A stretch of DNA of 64,000 nt from NCBI GenBank assembly GCA_963780185.1, contig CAWABA010000009.1, positions 192,001-256,000 of the forward strand, in the 5' to 3' direction. Positions within the stretch are counted from its first letter, which is position 1; every line of letters starts with the position of its first letter. A program made the position numbers and the translations under genes. Positions 40,982-51,073 of the stretch are shown here, piece by piece. The notes below the pieces were generated by a model. That model was not told where the DNA came from. It did no database searches and saw only the letters and a list, made by a program, of their open reading frames with translations. The DNA comes from Candidatus Bathyarchaeota archaeon. GTDB taxonomy: Archaea; Thermoproteota; Bathyarchaeia; Bathyarchaeales; Bathycorpusculaceae.

Positions 40982-41156
40982 TTATTTGCTTGCTTTTTTG
41001 AACCAGGCTAACCCGATTACGATGACGGCTGCGGCTGCCAAAACGGCTATTGGGTTGATGCTTTGAAGTGCCGCGTAGCCTTCGGCGAAAACTGCAGTTA
41101 GGGTTACAGAGTGAAATAACGATTACCGTGCTTACGGCTATGGTTTTGTGGCTCAC
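40982..41156 (-). pseudogene. Small 2-TM protein with a single frameshift
   Basis: MSHKTIAVSTVIVIS continues in a shifted frame as VTLTAVFAEGYAALQSINPIAVLAAAAVIVIGLAWFKKASK*. Confidence 0.45.
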
Positions 41157-41314
41157 GTTCCGTTCCCTGCCTGCATGTGCACCTGTTAAGGACGGTGTTT
41201 TTTGATTTAATGCTACGTATTAGAACAGGGTGTTCAAAATGTAGGACAGGTTTTGCCTTCAAAATTTCTAAACAAGAAAAATTTGATTTATATTTGTTTA
41301 AAAGGGAAAGGAGC

Positions 41315-41614
41315 TTAATCCTCTTCTTCGCCAGTTATTCGTTCTTTGACTTTCAGGAGGTTCTCTGCGCCGCCGATGACTCTGAACCGCTCTGTCAGCT
41401 CGTGTTTATGCAGGAATTTTTTGACTGTTACGCGGATGTATTTTTTGCTGAGTGCTTCGCCTTGACCTTTAATCGTGACCATTTCGGATGCTAGCGTTAC
41501 TTCTCCGCCTGTTTTGTCCTTGAGGAAATCTGACAGCTTCGAAATCAAGTCTTTCTCGTGGCCTTTAAGTTCTGACGCGTCAACCTTCATCTCAACCGTT
41601 TTCGTTTCAACCAT
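41315..41614 (-). CDS. rpl22e: Ribosomal protein eL22 (L22e)
   Basis: VDAS...LSDFLKDK...LSKKYIRVTVKKFLHKHEL...FRVI matches the eL22 SK.Y.KYL.KKFL.K..L pattern; acidic tail. Confidence 0.82.
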   Translation of the reverse strand: MVETKTVEMKVDASELKGHEKDLISKLSDFLKDKTGGEVTLASEMVTIKGQGEALSKKYIRVTVKKFLHKHELTERFRVIGGAENLLKVKERITGEEED

Positions 41615-42306
41615 TTCTTGTTCACCTCGATTACGTGCGCCTAAAGCATATGCTTAACCATCCACTTCACGGATGCTTCACAGATAAGTTTTCCGCTCGC
41701 CCCCTTTTCTTTTGTATGTAATCTGAGTTTAAAGGGGTTTTTGGGCGTGTTTTTTTAAGTTGAGACTTTTGTTTTGGTGAAAGTTGAGACTTTCGCGTCT
41801 TGGTTCTTTTGGTTTTGGGTTGCTTTTTTGGTTTGGGGCGTGAATTGTGTTGCGGGGTGCCCATTTGGGATGGGCGGTTGCGACTTTGTATGTTGACTCA
41901 ACATAGATGGCATTGTCGCTTATTGTCGGTTACGGGCGGATTTTGCGGGTCCTTCGCGCCGAAGCCTTATCCAATCGAAGCCCTTGGCGAGTAGACATAT
42001 TGATGCTGACTCAAAAAAGCTGGCTCAAGGACAAAGAAAGCTTTGGGAGCACAGGTTTGACGTCGATTATTTCTGCCTGATGCTGGTGAAGACCCGTTCA
42101 AAACAACAAAAAGAACGTAGCCAAAATTACGCGGCACCAGATAAGCCGAAGAGTTCTGTGAATGAATAAGCGGTTAGAAAAGGAGTTTGGGGAGAGTTTA
42201 GTTGAGAAACGCGGTTGGCATCGGGTACTACCAGTTTTGGTTTAGAAACATGGGGCGAGGCGAGTCTACGCAACCTCAAAGCACAGATTATGGGTTGAGC
42301 TAGTTT

Positions 42307-43509
42307 TCAGCACTGTTTTGTTGGAGTGTTTGAAAAATGCTTTTTGCTGCGACTCAGAGTTAGGATGGCACCTATTTGTAGTGGCAAGGCAAAACCAACC
42401 AAAATAATCATCGAGTACCCTTCATTTAGGAAATAGCCAAATATCACACCGCTAACAAGCGTGCCAAAACCTAAAACCGCGTTAAAAATCCCATATGCCG
42501 TGCCTCTTCTGCCAAGCGGAACTAACTCGCATACAGCAGCTCGGTAAATCGATTCCTGCATGCCCAAAACCAAACCAAACGTTACGCAAGCAACAACAAC
42601 GCCGACAAGACCATTATATGAAACAAACAAGACAGGCAACACTGACAAGGCAAAAGGGAAAATGAGAATTTTGACTCCCAGCTTATCGAATAGGTGACCA
42701 GATACCAGAGCCATTGGTGCATCAACTGCCTGCACTACCACGTAGAGAATAGGCACCATCCATGCTTGACCCAATGGCTGAAGAATTGAAGAGCCAACAA
42801 AAAGTATAAGCGCAACTGGAATAAGCCCCAAGGTGTTAAGAAAAACCGCTAAATTATAGAACCAAAAACCACGGCTAAGCGGCAACTTTTCTATCTTAAT
42901 GTTTTGAACCTGAACTTCTACGTTTTTGCCGACTTTTCGGTAAGTATAAACTAATACTATCATCATTAGAACAAAAGGAATCAGAAGAACTCCAAAGGCT
43001 GCCTGGTAATTGTTTGAGTTGTAGAATAATACGGCTGCAAAAAGCAGGGGACCAATTACGGCTCCGATTTGGTCGACGGCTTCGTGGAGTCCGAAGGCTT
43101 TTCCAGAGCCAACGTCTTTGCCTATTATGGACACAACTGTGTCTCTTGACGGTGACCTCAAAGCCTTGCCTAAGCGCTCAAGCAAAATCAACGCTATCAC
43201 CAGTGCGAGGCTGTAGGTGAAGCCCATAAGCGGTATTGCAAGGATTAAGCCGTATCCGATGAAGATGAAGACCCAGTAGGCTTTACTTTTGTCAGACAAA
43301 GCTCCGGTGATTAGTCTTGCCCCGTATCCTAAGAATTCGCCAGCTCCACTTACAACGCCCACCATAAGTGCTGAGGCGCCAAGAAACAACAAATAATCAG
43401 GCGCAATTCCTCTTCCTGATTCGTAGACTATGTCCCCTAGCATACTTACGATTCCCAACATGAGGATTGCCATGTAAGCAGTTCTCTTGGAAACCTTGCT
43501 GTCAGCCAA
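42307..43509 (-). CDS. MFS transporter
   Basis: ~12 TM; GALSDK, ERLGKALRSPSRD, GKAFGLH, RGTAYG. Confidence 0.92.
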   Translation of the reverse strand: MADSKVSKRTAYMAILMLGIVSMLGDIVYESGRGIAPDYLLFLGASALMVGVVSGAGEFLGYGARLITGALSDKSKAYWVFIFIGYGLILAIPLMGFTYSLALVIALILLERLGKALRSPSRDTVVSIIGKDVGSGKAFGLHEAVDQIGAVIGPLLFAAVLFYNSNNYQAAFGVLLIPFVLMMIVLVYTYRKVGKNVEVQVQNIKIEKLPLSRGFWFYNLAVFLNTLGLIPVALILFVGSSILQPLGQAWMVPILYVVVQAVDAPMALVSGHLFDKLGVKILIFPFALSVLPVLFVSYNGLVGVVVACVTFGLVLGMQESIYRAAVCELVPLGRRGTAYGIFNAVLGFGTLVSGVIFGYFLNEGYSMIILVGFALPLQIGAILTLSRSKKHFSNTPTKQC

Positions 43510-43671
43510 ATTTGCCGTCTCTTTTAAAGAGAGGCATGTTAAAAGACGCTAATAGTACTTTTGTACAACATGAAAAACGTAATCAATAAGCGATTGGAGA
43601 AACAGCGCGCCCCCAAGAGATAAACGGTAAATGGACCTACAAGTAGATACAGGGGCAATGTAAAATATTTG

Positions 43672-43890
43672 TCATTGCTTTGAGACGGTGCAATAACCTT
43701 TTTCCTTGTTAAATTCTATCGTTAGTTTTCTTTCAGCTATAAATCGCCTTAATGCTTGAATATAATAATCTCCCTTTAAGATGAGATCAAATTTTTCATG
43801 TTTGTTTGGTTCAAGGTCAACCAAAGAGGGTAGGGCTAAATTAAGAACTATCAATTCCTTTAACAGTGCTACTGCCTCTGACCTTTCCAA
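43672..43890 (-). CDS. Small conserved hypothetical protein
   Basis: MERSEAVALLKEL N-terminus; compact 72-aa ORF. Confidence 0.6.
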   Translation of the reverse strand: MERSEAVALLKELIVLNLALPSLVDLEPNKHEKFDLILKGDYYIQALRRFIAERKLTIEFNKEKGYCTVSKQ

Positions 43891-44232
43891 TTGTACGTAC
43901 CCTTATACACTTTAGCGGCTATTAAACAATATATGGTTTGCGGAAGACAGTTAACAGAACTTAGTTATTCACCCAAGAAGACCAAGACCCAAAATCGGTA
44001 ATTTTTAATGATGATTTATTTTCTGCACTGAATTTGGCAGGGAAAAAAGAAAAGACATTTAGTTGAATTTTTCCTTGGTTTAGATCGAAAAGCCTCTCAA
44101 AATTGGGGAGTCTGCACGGCTTTGGGTGGCGCTTTGTGGTTTTCAACATTGAACCAACATAGGCAGCGTTGGCGGTTTTGAGCGGATGGAATTCTTTCGG
44201 GTGTCCACGGGCTCTTAACGGAAACGCGGGCT

Positions 44233-45018
44233 TCACTCGGGCTTCAAAGGCCGCGTAGCATATGCCACGAACACCGCGAGTCTGTCGAGTGGGTAGAACA
44301 GCAGCATCGAGGGAACGCCTGTTTTCCTTGCGATGTCAAGCGCGCGGAGGGGGCTGTGGAGGAAAATTTTGAAGCAGCCAACCTTTTCGCTTCTGGTGTA
44401 GCTGGGCAGCGACAGCATGTGGATGCGCATATCGTGCTGCACGGTTTCAGGCAGGTTGCCACGTGTGATGTGGTTGCTGACGACGTCGCCCAACACACTC
44501 CAGTGGTACCCGTCCACCATCATCCTTGCGGGGCTGTGGGTTTCGTCGAACCCGAATTTCCGCACAACCGCCGTCCGACAAAGGTTGTTGTCTACGCTGC
44601 GTTTGTCAGGTTGGCGCCCATATTCGTAAGCGTCAAGTTTGCGCAGCCTCGGCTCGGTGGATAGCCTGATGCCTTGCACGACGCCTACATGCGGATCCAT
44701 CATGGCTGCGGAGGCTCTGCGCCACCAACTGCGGCTCAAAAGCACATCATGCTCAAAACACGCGAATAGAGACGTCGAGACGAGGCTCAGAGCATTCTGC
44801 TTATTGGCCTGCAACCCTTTGCCCCTGTTGAGGTGGACTTCCCAGCCCAGTTCCCGTGCGATTTTGGCGGTTTGGTCGGCGCTGTGGTCGTCGCTGATGA
44901 TTTTTTTGTTGACGTATTCTGTGGGTATGACTTCGTTGATGCGGGCAAGCACGGTGGGCAGAAGCTTGGCGCTGTTGTAAGTCCACATAATCAAGTCGAT
45001 TTTACCGTTTTCCGCCAT
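44233..45018 (-). CDS. Glycosyltransferase family 2, isolated
   Basis: MWTYNS, SDDHSADQT, FEHDV; GC-richer than flanks. Confidence 0.8.
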   Translation of the reverse strand: MAENGKIDLIMWTYNSAKLLPTVLARINEVIPTEYVNKKIISDDHSADQTAKIARELGWEVHLNRGKGLQANKQNALSLVSTSLFACFEHDVLLSRSWWRRASAAMMDPHVGVVQGIRLSTEPRLRKLDAYEYGRQPDKRSVDNNLCRTAVVRKFGFDETHSPARMMVDGYHWSVLGDVVSNHITRGNLPETVQHDMRIHMLSLPSYTRSEKVGCFKIFLHSPLRALDIARKTGVPSMLLFYPLDRLAVFVAYATRPLKPE

Positions 45019-45152
45019 CTGTGAGAATTACCTGCCAGCGTTTTGGGGTAGACGCAAGGTACAGTTGATAGCAAAGGCAAAAAAGACGTATTTAATAGTT
45101 GCTAAATGGTTGCCGCTTCGGTCCTTCTCTCCGCTTACTTTGGGTTATGGTC

Positions 45153-45165
45153 GTCAGTTCGCCCG
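45153..45165 (+). repeat. 13-bp direct repeat GTCAGTTCGCCCG (left copy)
   Basis: Identical to 47316-47328. Confidence 0.75.
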
Positions 45166-45438
45166 AGGAGCCCACATTTTTGGGCTGTAAAGTCATAACA
45201 TAAGAAATAGAGCTGGAAGTTTAGCTAGAAGTTTTCTGATATTAGCAAATCCTCATTTGCATTTAAAGCAGAAAAACCTTCCGAGGATTCTAACGAGCAT
45301 CGATCCAACGAGGTAGATTGTTCAAAAACTAACATTCACAATTAATTCTCAACTTACGCTACCTGACAATCCATTTTATATTGAGCACTTGCGTAATCCA
45401 AAATCTTAAAAGTAAATATCATCCACATAATCTATTTC

Positions 45439-46956
45439 ATGGAAGAAAAAAGAATAGCTATCCCGCAACTCTCATTTTCAAAGATAATCAGAGACTACAT
45501 TCACGGCTATATTCATTTGACAAACGTTGAGTACCAACTTATTCAGCTACCTGCACTGAACAGACTTCACAACATCAAACAGTTAGCAACAGCCTATCTA
45601 GTGTACCCTTGCGCTAAAGCAACAAGATTTGAGCATTCACTGGGCGTCATGCACATTGCTTCTCGAATGTTTAATCAGGTGCTTCTTTCCACAAGTCAAG
45701 AAGACCTCAAAACACTTTTTGGATTAGACCCGAAAGAGAACGATAAGTTTCAAACAACTTGTCTTCGGCTGATCCAGCTAGTCAGGTTGGCTGCTTTGCT
45801 CCACGATGTCGGCCACGGACCCTATTCTCATGCCACTGAAGGAATACTCGGGGCGTCACTCGATCCAACAGAGATTGATGAAGCCAAAAAGTTATTCAAG
45901 TGCGAAAAGGGAAAAATTCCTTTTCACGAGTACTTCTCTTACAAAATGATTACAGATGAACAAAGCGAGATTAGGAAAGTAATTGAAAATGACCAAATAG
46001 GCATTAAAGCCGTTGACATTGGCAACGTCTTATTGGGAAAAGAAAGCGCCTCAATCCCACACGAGGGAATGGGTGCTATCAAAAAGCTGATTTCCAGTCA
46101 ACTCGACGCAGATCGGATGGATTACCTTTCAAGAGATGCCTATGCCACGGGTGCAATTTTCGGTCAGACCGATATTGACAGAGTAATAATGAATCTCAGC
46201 ATAAGAAAAGACAAACTTGGCAAATTCGAACTCGCTGTTCACGAACGAGCGCTTATGACTATCGAAGACATATTAGACGCCCGCTTTAAAATGTACAAAT
46301 GGGTCTATTATCACCACTTAATAGTGGCATTGGACAAGCTTCTGGAAACTGAAATATCCTCAATGATAGAAGAGGAAAGAATTCAATATTCTGACTTTCA
46401 CTGGAAAACTTTCTTGAACGGACAAACAGATGAAGCTTTGATTAGTTCAAGAATTGACCTCTCAGATAAGAATCCCTACAGAGGCCTAATCGATCGAAGG
46501 TATGCACCGACTTCATTATTGAAGAGGACGGCAGACCATGCCAATTTTATCGATATGATCAAAGCAGAGATGGGGCGAGAGACGACCAACAGCGCAATGG
46601 TCGAAAGAATACAAAAGTGGTTAACAAAAATGAATATGGGAGACTTCTCGCTGACAATACCACAGGACAAAGGCTTTGAAGCGTTAGAAAAGATTCAGCT
46701 ATTCGGTGTTCAGAGACCTCGCTCACCGTACAAAGAATTAGACAATACAGAAAACATTTGGGTTTATAATGACACAGATGGCGAACTAAAGGAACTGATA
46801 ACACAATCTGCATATGCGAACGCTATTAACAACGAATGGCTAACATTTCCGTCGTATTTTATTGCCTTCATAATCCCTAATATGAAAAAGGATGAAACAA
46901 AAAAATACAGAAAAGAGATTCTGAAATTGATTGCGAGTGAGATTGCATCAATTTAA
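45439..46956 (+). CDS. HD-superfamily phosphohydrolase, SAMHD1/dNTP triphosphohydrolase-like
   Basis: IRDYIHG, RLHNIKQL, TRFEHSLG, LLHDVGHGPYSH, HE, DADRMDYLSRD, R..MYKWVYYH. Confidence 0.92.
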   Translation: MEEKRIAIPQLSFSKIIRDYIHGYIHLTNVEYQLIQLPALNRLHNIKQLATAYLVYPCAKATRFEHSLGVMHIASRMFNQVLLSTSQEDLKTLFGLDPKENDKFQTTCLRLIQLVRLAALLHDVGHGPYSHATEGILGASLDPTEIDEAKKLFKCEKGKIPFHEYFSYKMITDEQSEIRKVIENDQIGIKAVDIGNVLLGKESASIPHEGMGAIKKLISSQLDADRMDYLSRDAYATGAIFGQTDIDRVIMNLSIRKDKLGKFELAVHERALMTIEDILDARFKMYKWVYYHHLIVALDKLLETEISSMIEEERIQYSDFHWKTFLNGQTDEALISSRIDLSDKNPYRGLIDRRYAPTSLLKRTADHANFIDMIKAEMGRETTNSAMVERIQKWLTKMNMGDFSLTIPQDKGFEALEKIQLFGVQRPRSPYKELDNTENIWVYNDTDGELKELITQSAYANAINNEWLTFPSYFIAFIIPNMKKDETKKYRKEILKLIASEIASI

Positions 46957-47315
46957 CAATTCTTCGATTTTTCTACCTCGACAGGTTTGCCTATGCTCAC
47001 TTTTCCGGGATTAATAGTAATGAAACATTTAATCTTAACTCGTTTTCCTTCTGCCATACGCACAAACGCCTTCTTTTAATTGTTGGTTTTCACTATCAGT
47101 GAAACAATCATAAAAGATTTGTGTTATTCTTCGTTAACTATTCGAAACACAAAATAATGAAAAAAAGATAGGAACATGTTTAAACTATTTTAATAACCGC
47201 AATAAAACTGAAAAGCAACATGTTAATTTTTTCCGATTAAGGATTCTATACGATAAATACATGTGGAGTAAGAGTATGCCTGTCTTGAGTAGGGCAGCAC
47301 ATAAACTTTTGTTTT

Positions 47316-47328
47316 GTCAGTTCGCCCG
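47316..47328 (+). repeat. 13-bp direct repeat GTCAGTTCGCCCG (right copy)
   Basis: Identical to 45153-45165. Confidence 0.75.
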
Positions 47329-47584
47329 TCGAGTCAATATCACCGCTGTGGCTCAGTGACTCTAGTGCTCATCATCCGAAAAGTGGATGCGCAACAGAAC
47401 TTAAGGCTTTTACGCTGGGCACCACGGGGTAGGCGGCCTTTGGTGAGATAATGCATATGGAAACCTTTGATGAAACTCGAAAGTCGAGACGCTGGCAGAA
47501 AAAGCATATATGACTTAAACGCCAATCTTGAGACGGCACTGGTGAATTAAGACGGCTTCAAATGGCGCTGAAGGAAACGATGGG

Positions 47585-48691
47585 ATGGTTGTTACTCCGT
47601 GGGAAGTAAAAGGCAAAGTAGACTACGAACGCCTCATACGCGAGTTCGGCACCCAACCAATCACAAACGAGCTGCTGAGCAAAATAGAAAAACACACGGG
47701 CAAGTTGCACCTGCAGCTTGAAAGACAGATTTTCTTCAGCCACCGCGACCTCGACACCGTGCTTGACCTATACGATAAAGGCATAAAATTCGTCCTCTAC
47801 ACGGGCAGAGGACCCTCAGGACCCGTACATATCGGGCATCTTGTGCCGTGGATTTTCACGCTTCATATTCAGCAGAAATTTGGCACGCGGCTTTATTTCC
47901 AGATGACTGACGACGAAAAATTCCTAATAGACGACGACGCCAGCCTCAAAGAAACAGCCAAATACTCCTACGAAAACGCGCTGGACCTTATCGCGCTGGG
48001 GTTCAAGCCTGAAGACACCTTCATCATCTACGACACCAAAGATATTGATTTGCTCTACGACATCGCCCTTGACGTAGCCAAACACATCACATACAGCACG
48101 GCACGGAGCAGCTTCGGCTTCCAAGACAGCACCAACATCGGCTGGGTCATGTGGCCAGCCATCCAAGCCGCACCATGCTTCATCCACAAAAAACTCACAG
48201 GCGAAAACGTCCCCGCACTCATCCCCGCAGCCATCGACCAAGACCCGTACTGGCGAGTAACCAGAGACATAGCGCAGAAACTCGGCTACTACAAACCCGC
48301 CCAAATCCACTGCCGCTTCCTACCGGGGCTTGGCGCTGGGGGAAAAATGAGTTCGTCGATGCCTGAAACCAGCATATTCACCATGGATCCGCCTGACGTG
48401 GTTAAGAAGAAGATTTGGAACGCTTTCACAGGCGGCAAGGGCACGGCGGCTGAGCAGCGGAAAACGGGCGCTGACCCCGCGGTATGCAGCATCTTCCAAT
48501 ATTACTTTTACCTGTTCGAAGAAGACAGCGGCAAGCTGGCGGAGCGGGAACGCAGATGCAGAGGCGGCGAAATGCTATGCGGCGAATGCAAAAAGGACAT
48601 CGCGGAAAAACTCAACAAGTTCCTCGAAGCACACAGGGAACGACGGGAAAAAGCCAAAGACGTCATCGAACAATACCACATAAAACGATGA
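47585..48691 (+). CDS. trpS: Tryptophan--tRNA ligase (archaeal type)
   Basis: VTPWEV, YTGRGPSGPVHIGH, TDDEK, AIDQDPYWR, KMSSS, AFTGG. Confidence 0.97.
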   Translation: MVVTPWEVKGKVDYERLIREFGTQPITNELLSKIEKHTGKLHLQLERQIFFSHRDLDTVLDLYDKGIKFVLYTGRGPSGPVHIGHLVPWIFTLHIQQKFGTRLYFQMTDDEKFLIDDDASLKETAKYSYENALDLIALGFKPEDTFIIYDTKDIDLLYDIALDVAKHITYSTARSSFGFQDSTNIGWVMWPAIQAAPCFIHKKLTGENVPALIPAAIDQDPYWRVTRDIAQKLGYYKPAQIHCRFLPGLGAGGKMSSSMPETSIFTMDPPDVVKKKIWNAFTGGKGTAAEQRKTGADPAVCSIFQYYFYLFEEDSGKLAERERRCRGGEMLCGECKKDIAEKLNKFLEAHRERREKAKDVIEQYHIKR

Positions 48692-48716
48692 GAAAATTTC
48701 TTCTTAGCGAATTCTC

Positions 48717-49136
48717 TTATGGGTACCGTCGATAGTAGGTCGTTCCCCGCCTTCTCGTCAGCGCACCCCCAATCAGCCCCGCAACCATTGAGATGACAGC
48801 TCCCAATGCTGCAAGAACGCCGCCTATGACTCCTATGGCTGTCCCCACTAAGCTGCCGAAGGAGCCATGAATGATGAGGCTGAAAAATCCTCCCAGCAAG
48901 GCAGCGCCAACAAGGGCAAGCACAACAATTACCGCTGCACCAAGTAAACCCGCCAGCAAGCCAGCTACTGCGCCTCGGATGACCCCGCCTGACATGGTTC
49001 CTGCAGCAAACCCGCCGATGAACATACCTATTAAGACGCCGATAAACGGCAGGAGAAAGCCAAGAGGTATCCCTATTACCAACGATAAAATGAAGCCTGC
49101 GAAAGCGCCAAGCAGAACCTGACCAACCCCGCTCAA
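48717..49136 (-). CDS. Gly-rich membrane protein (DUF5518-like)
   Basis: 4 TM with GxxxG repeats. Confidence 0.7.
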   Translation of the reverse strand: MSGVGQVLLGAFAGFILSLVIGIPLGFLLPFIGVLIGMFIGGFAAGTMSGGVIRGAVAGLLAGLLGAAVIVVLALVGAALLGGFFSLIIHGSFGSLVGTAIGVIGGVLAALGAVISMVAGLIGGALTRRRGTTYYRRYP

Positions 49137-49274
49137 ATGTTCACCAGTCTTATTCGTTAACTTGATTTGGAATAAAGCTTTTTCCTAGCCAAACCGTTTT
49201 AGGCGCTGTTCCCAAAAAGAAAAGGGAAATAAGCCAACGTGGCACCAATGTTTTGTTTTGGAAAGGTGATTTAT

Positions 49275-49826
49275 GTGTCTGCAAAAACTCCCGTAAACAT
49301 AGCCTCAGCCTACAGGCTTCTTCATCCCATGCATACCGTGCTGGTTTCATGCGTCGGGAAAGCTGGCAAACCCAACATTACAACCATTGCGTGGGCTATG
49401 CCGACTTCAATTAACCCGCCTCTTGTAGCCATCAGCCTCGCGCCGACGCGGCATTCGCATATGCTGATTGTGGAGTCAGGCGAATTCGTCGTGAACATTC
49501 CGACGTTGGAGATTCTTCAAGCCGTCTACGCCTGCGGCTCCTTGACAGGAAGAAGCTTTGACAAATTCAAAAAAACAAACCTCACGCCGATGCCCGCGAA
49601 AAAAGTGAAGGCGCCAGCCATCCGCGAATGCGTCGGACACCTTGAATGCACCGTAGAAGACAAATTCACAACGGGCGACCACACAGTTTTCATCGGCAAA
49701 ATAGTGGAAGCCTACGCTGACATGGGCGTCTTTGCTGAAGGCTATGACCTCAAAAAAGCCCGAATGCTCTACCATCTGGGCGGCAACAACTTCGCGCTGC
49801 TTGACCCCAAAACCTACAAGCCTTAA
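49275..49826 (+). CDS. Flavin reductase (DIM6/NTAB) family protein
   Basis: GGTGA RBS then GTG; PPLVAIS, GEFVVNIP, SFDKF, APAIREC, GDH. Confidence 0.9.
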   Translation: MSAKTPVNIASAYRLLHPMHTVLVSCVGKAGKPNITTIAWAMPTSINPPLVAISLAPTRHSHMLIVESGEFVVNIPTLEILQAVYACGSLTGRSFDKFKKTNLTPMPAKKVKAPAIRECVGHLECTVEDKFTTGDHTVFIGKIVEAYADMGVFAEGYDLKKARMLYHLGGNNFALLDPKTYKP

Positions 49827-49884
49827 GACGAGCGGTTACGCATTTAAGCATCCACCGCATTATCCCAACACAGCGAAAAAGTGA

Positions 49885-50805
49885 GTGGCAATGGCATACG
49901 ACAGGGAAGAACTTGAAAAGTTTCGTCAGTCAGGGCGAATTCTGCGTGAAACAAGAGAGGAAATGAGGAGCCAAGTCAAGGAGAACATGCTGATTATCGA
50001 TGTTTGCGAACAAGTTGAGGGTTTAATCCGTGCTAAAGGAGGAAAACCCGCTTTTCCCTGCAACGTAAGCATAAACGAAGTTGCCGCGCATTACACGGCG
50101 CCGCCTGGCGACACATCGCGGATTCCTGAAGGCTCCACCGTTAAGGTTGACCTCGGCGTCCAATTGGACGGATACGTCACCGACACCGCGTTTACGGTAG
50201 CGTTTAATCCTGAGGGCAGGGCAATGGCTAACACTGCGGAACAAGCCTTGAAAGTAGCCGTTGAAAACATCCATGGAGAAATGTCGCTGAATAAAATCGG
50301 CAGCCTAATAGAGAGCACGATTAGAAATCGGGGGTACAAACCTATTTCGAACCTCTGTGGGCACTCGGTGGGAAGATACTTGATTCATGCTGGTCTCTCG
50401 ATTCCTAACGTGGCTGAAACAATGTCGCTTTCCAAAGTTAAAACAGGGGAAGTCTACGCCATCGAACCCTTCGTTACTCTGCCAGATGCAGTTGGCCGCG
50501 TCGATGACAGCCCCCAGTCAACCATTTACCGCTTGCTTAAAGCAAAATCCGTTAAGACTGAATCAGCTAAAAAAATGCTCAAGCACATTGAGGCTAATTT
50601 TAGGACCTTGCCGTTTGCTGAACGATGGTTAATCGGCGTCGTTCCAAAAGAGCAGCATGCCGCCGCGTTTAAGGAGCTGCTTTCTTCTAAGGCAATCATG
50701 AGTTACCCCGTTTTTGTTGAAGTAAGCGGGAAGCCTGTTGCCCAAGCCGAACACACGCTGCTGATGACCCAAGCAGGGCTGCGAAGTTTTAACTTAGGCG
50801 TCTAA
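49885..50805 (+). CDS. map: Methionine aminopeptidase type II; probable frameshift in the last codons
   Basis: AFPCNVSINEVAAHYT, DLG..DG..DTA, GH, AIEPF, QAEHT; the expected GCEVLT* ending lies in a shifted frame. Confidence 0.95.
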   Translation: MAMAYDREELEKFRQSGRILRETREEMRSQVKENMLIIDVCEQVEGLIRAKGGKPAFPCNVSINEVAAHYTAPPGDTSRIPEGSTVKVDLGVQLDGYVTDTAFTVAFNPEGRAMANTAEQALKVAVENIHGEMSLNKIGSLIESTIRNRGYKPISNLCGHSVGRYLIHAGLSIPNVAETMSLSKVKTGEVYAIEPFVTLPDAVGRVDDSPQSTIYRLLKAKSVKTESAKKMLKHIEANFRTLPFAERWLIGVVPKEQHAAAFKELLSSKAIMSYPVFVEVSGKPVAQAEHTLLMTQAGLRSFNLGV

Positions 50806-50806
50806 G

Positions 50807-51068
50807 ATGGCCGCTGCTCAAAGCTCAATCCTTTACGAACCCAAAGACCTTGATGATTTAGCGGGGTTTCTGAAGGCTAACAAAGAGAAGTACCATGAAA
50901 TCTGGGTGGTCATAACAAAGAAAGCGCAATGCGGACCCTCAGCCTTTGTCTTTCAACGAGGCGGTCGGGGAAGCGATTGCACAGGGGCTTGTTGACAGCC
51001 GAACAAAAACTTTGGACGATAAAAAATATGCGGTTCGTTTTACAAAAAGAAAAAGCAAAAAAGCTTAG
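50807..51068 (+). pseudogene. YdeI/OmdA-like protein N-terminal domain, frameshifted
   Basis: EIWVVITKK continues in a shifted frame as SFNEAVGEAIAQGLVDSRTKTLDDKKYAVRFTKRK. Confidence 0.65.
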
Positions 51069-51073
51069 GGTGA

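Noticed and set aside
41667-41994. ORFs 41667-41864 and 41800-41994
   Set aside because: Products of a low-complexity G/T-skewed non-coding tract.
43961-44236. ORF 43961-44236 as a gene
   Set aside because: No recognisable motif, and it crosses a compositional boundary.
45140-45190. Fluoride riboswitch (ATGG...GTTCGCC resemblance)
   Set aside because: The downstream conserved motif and a fluoride exporter gene are missing. The 13-bp direct repeat explains the sequence better.
47340-47520. Hammerhead ribozyme, C/D sRNA or T-box upstream of trpS (TGATGA, CTCGA-AAG-TCGAG and CATCC/GGATG hairpins)
   Set aside because: No complete CUGAUGA/GAAA three-stem core and no properly spaced D box. Only isolated short hairpins.
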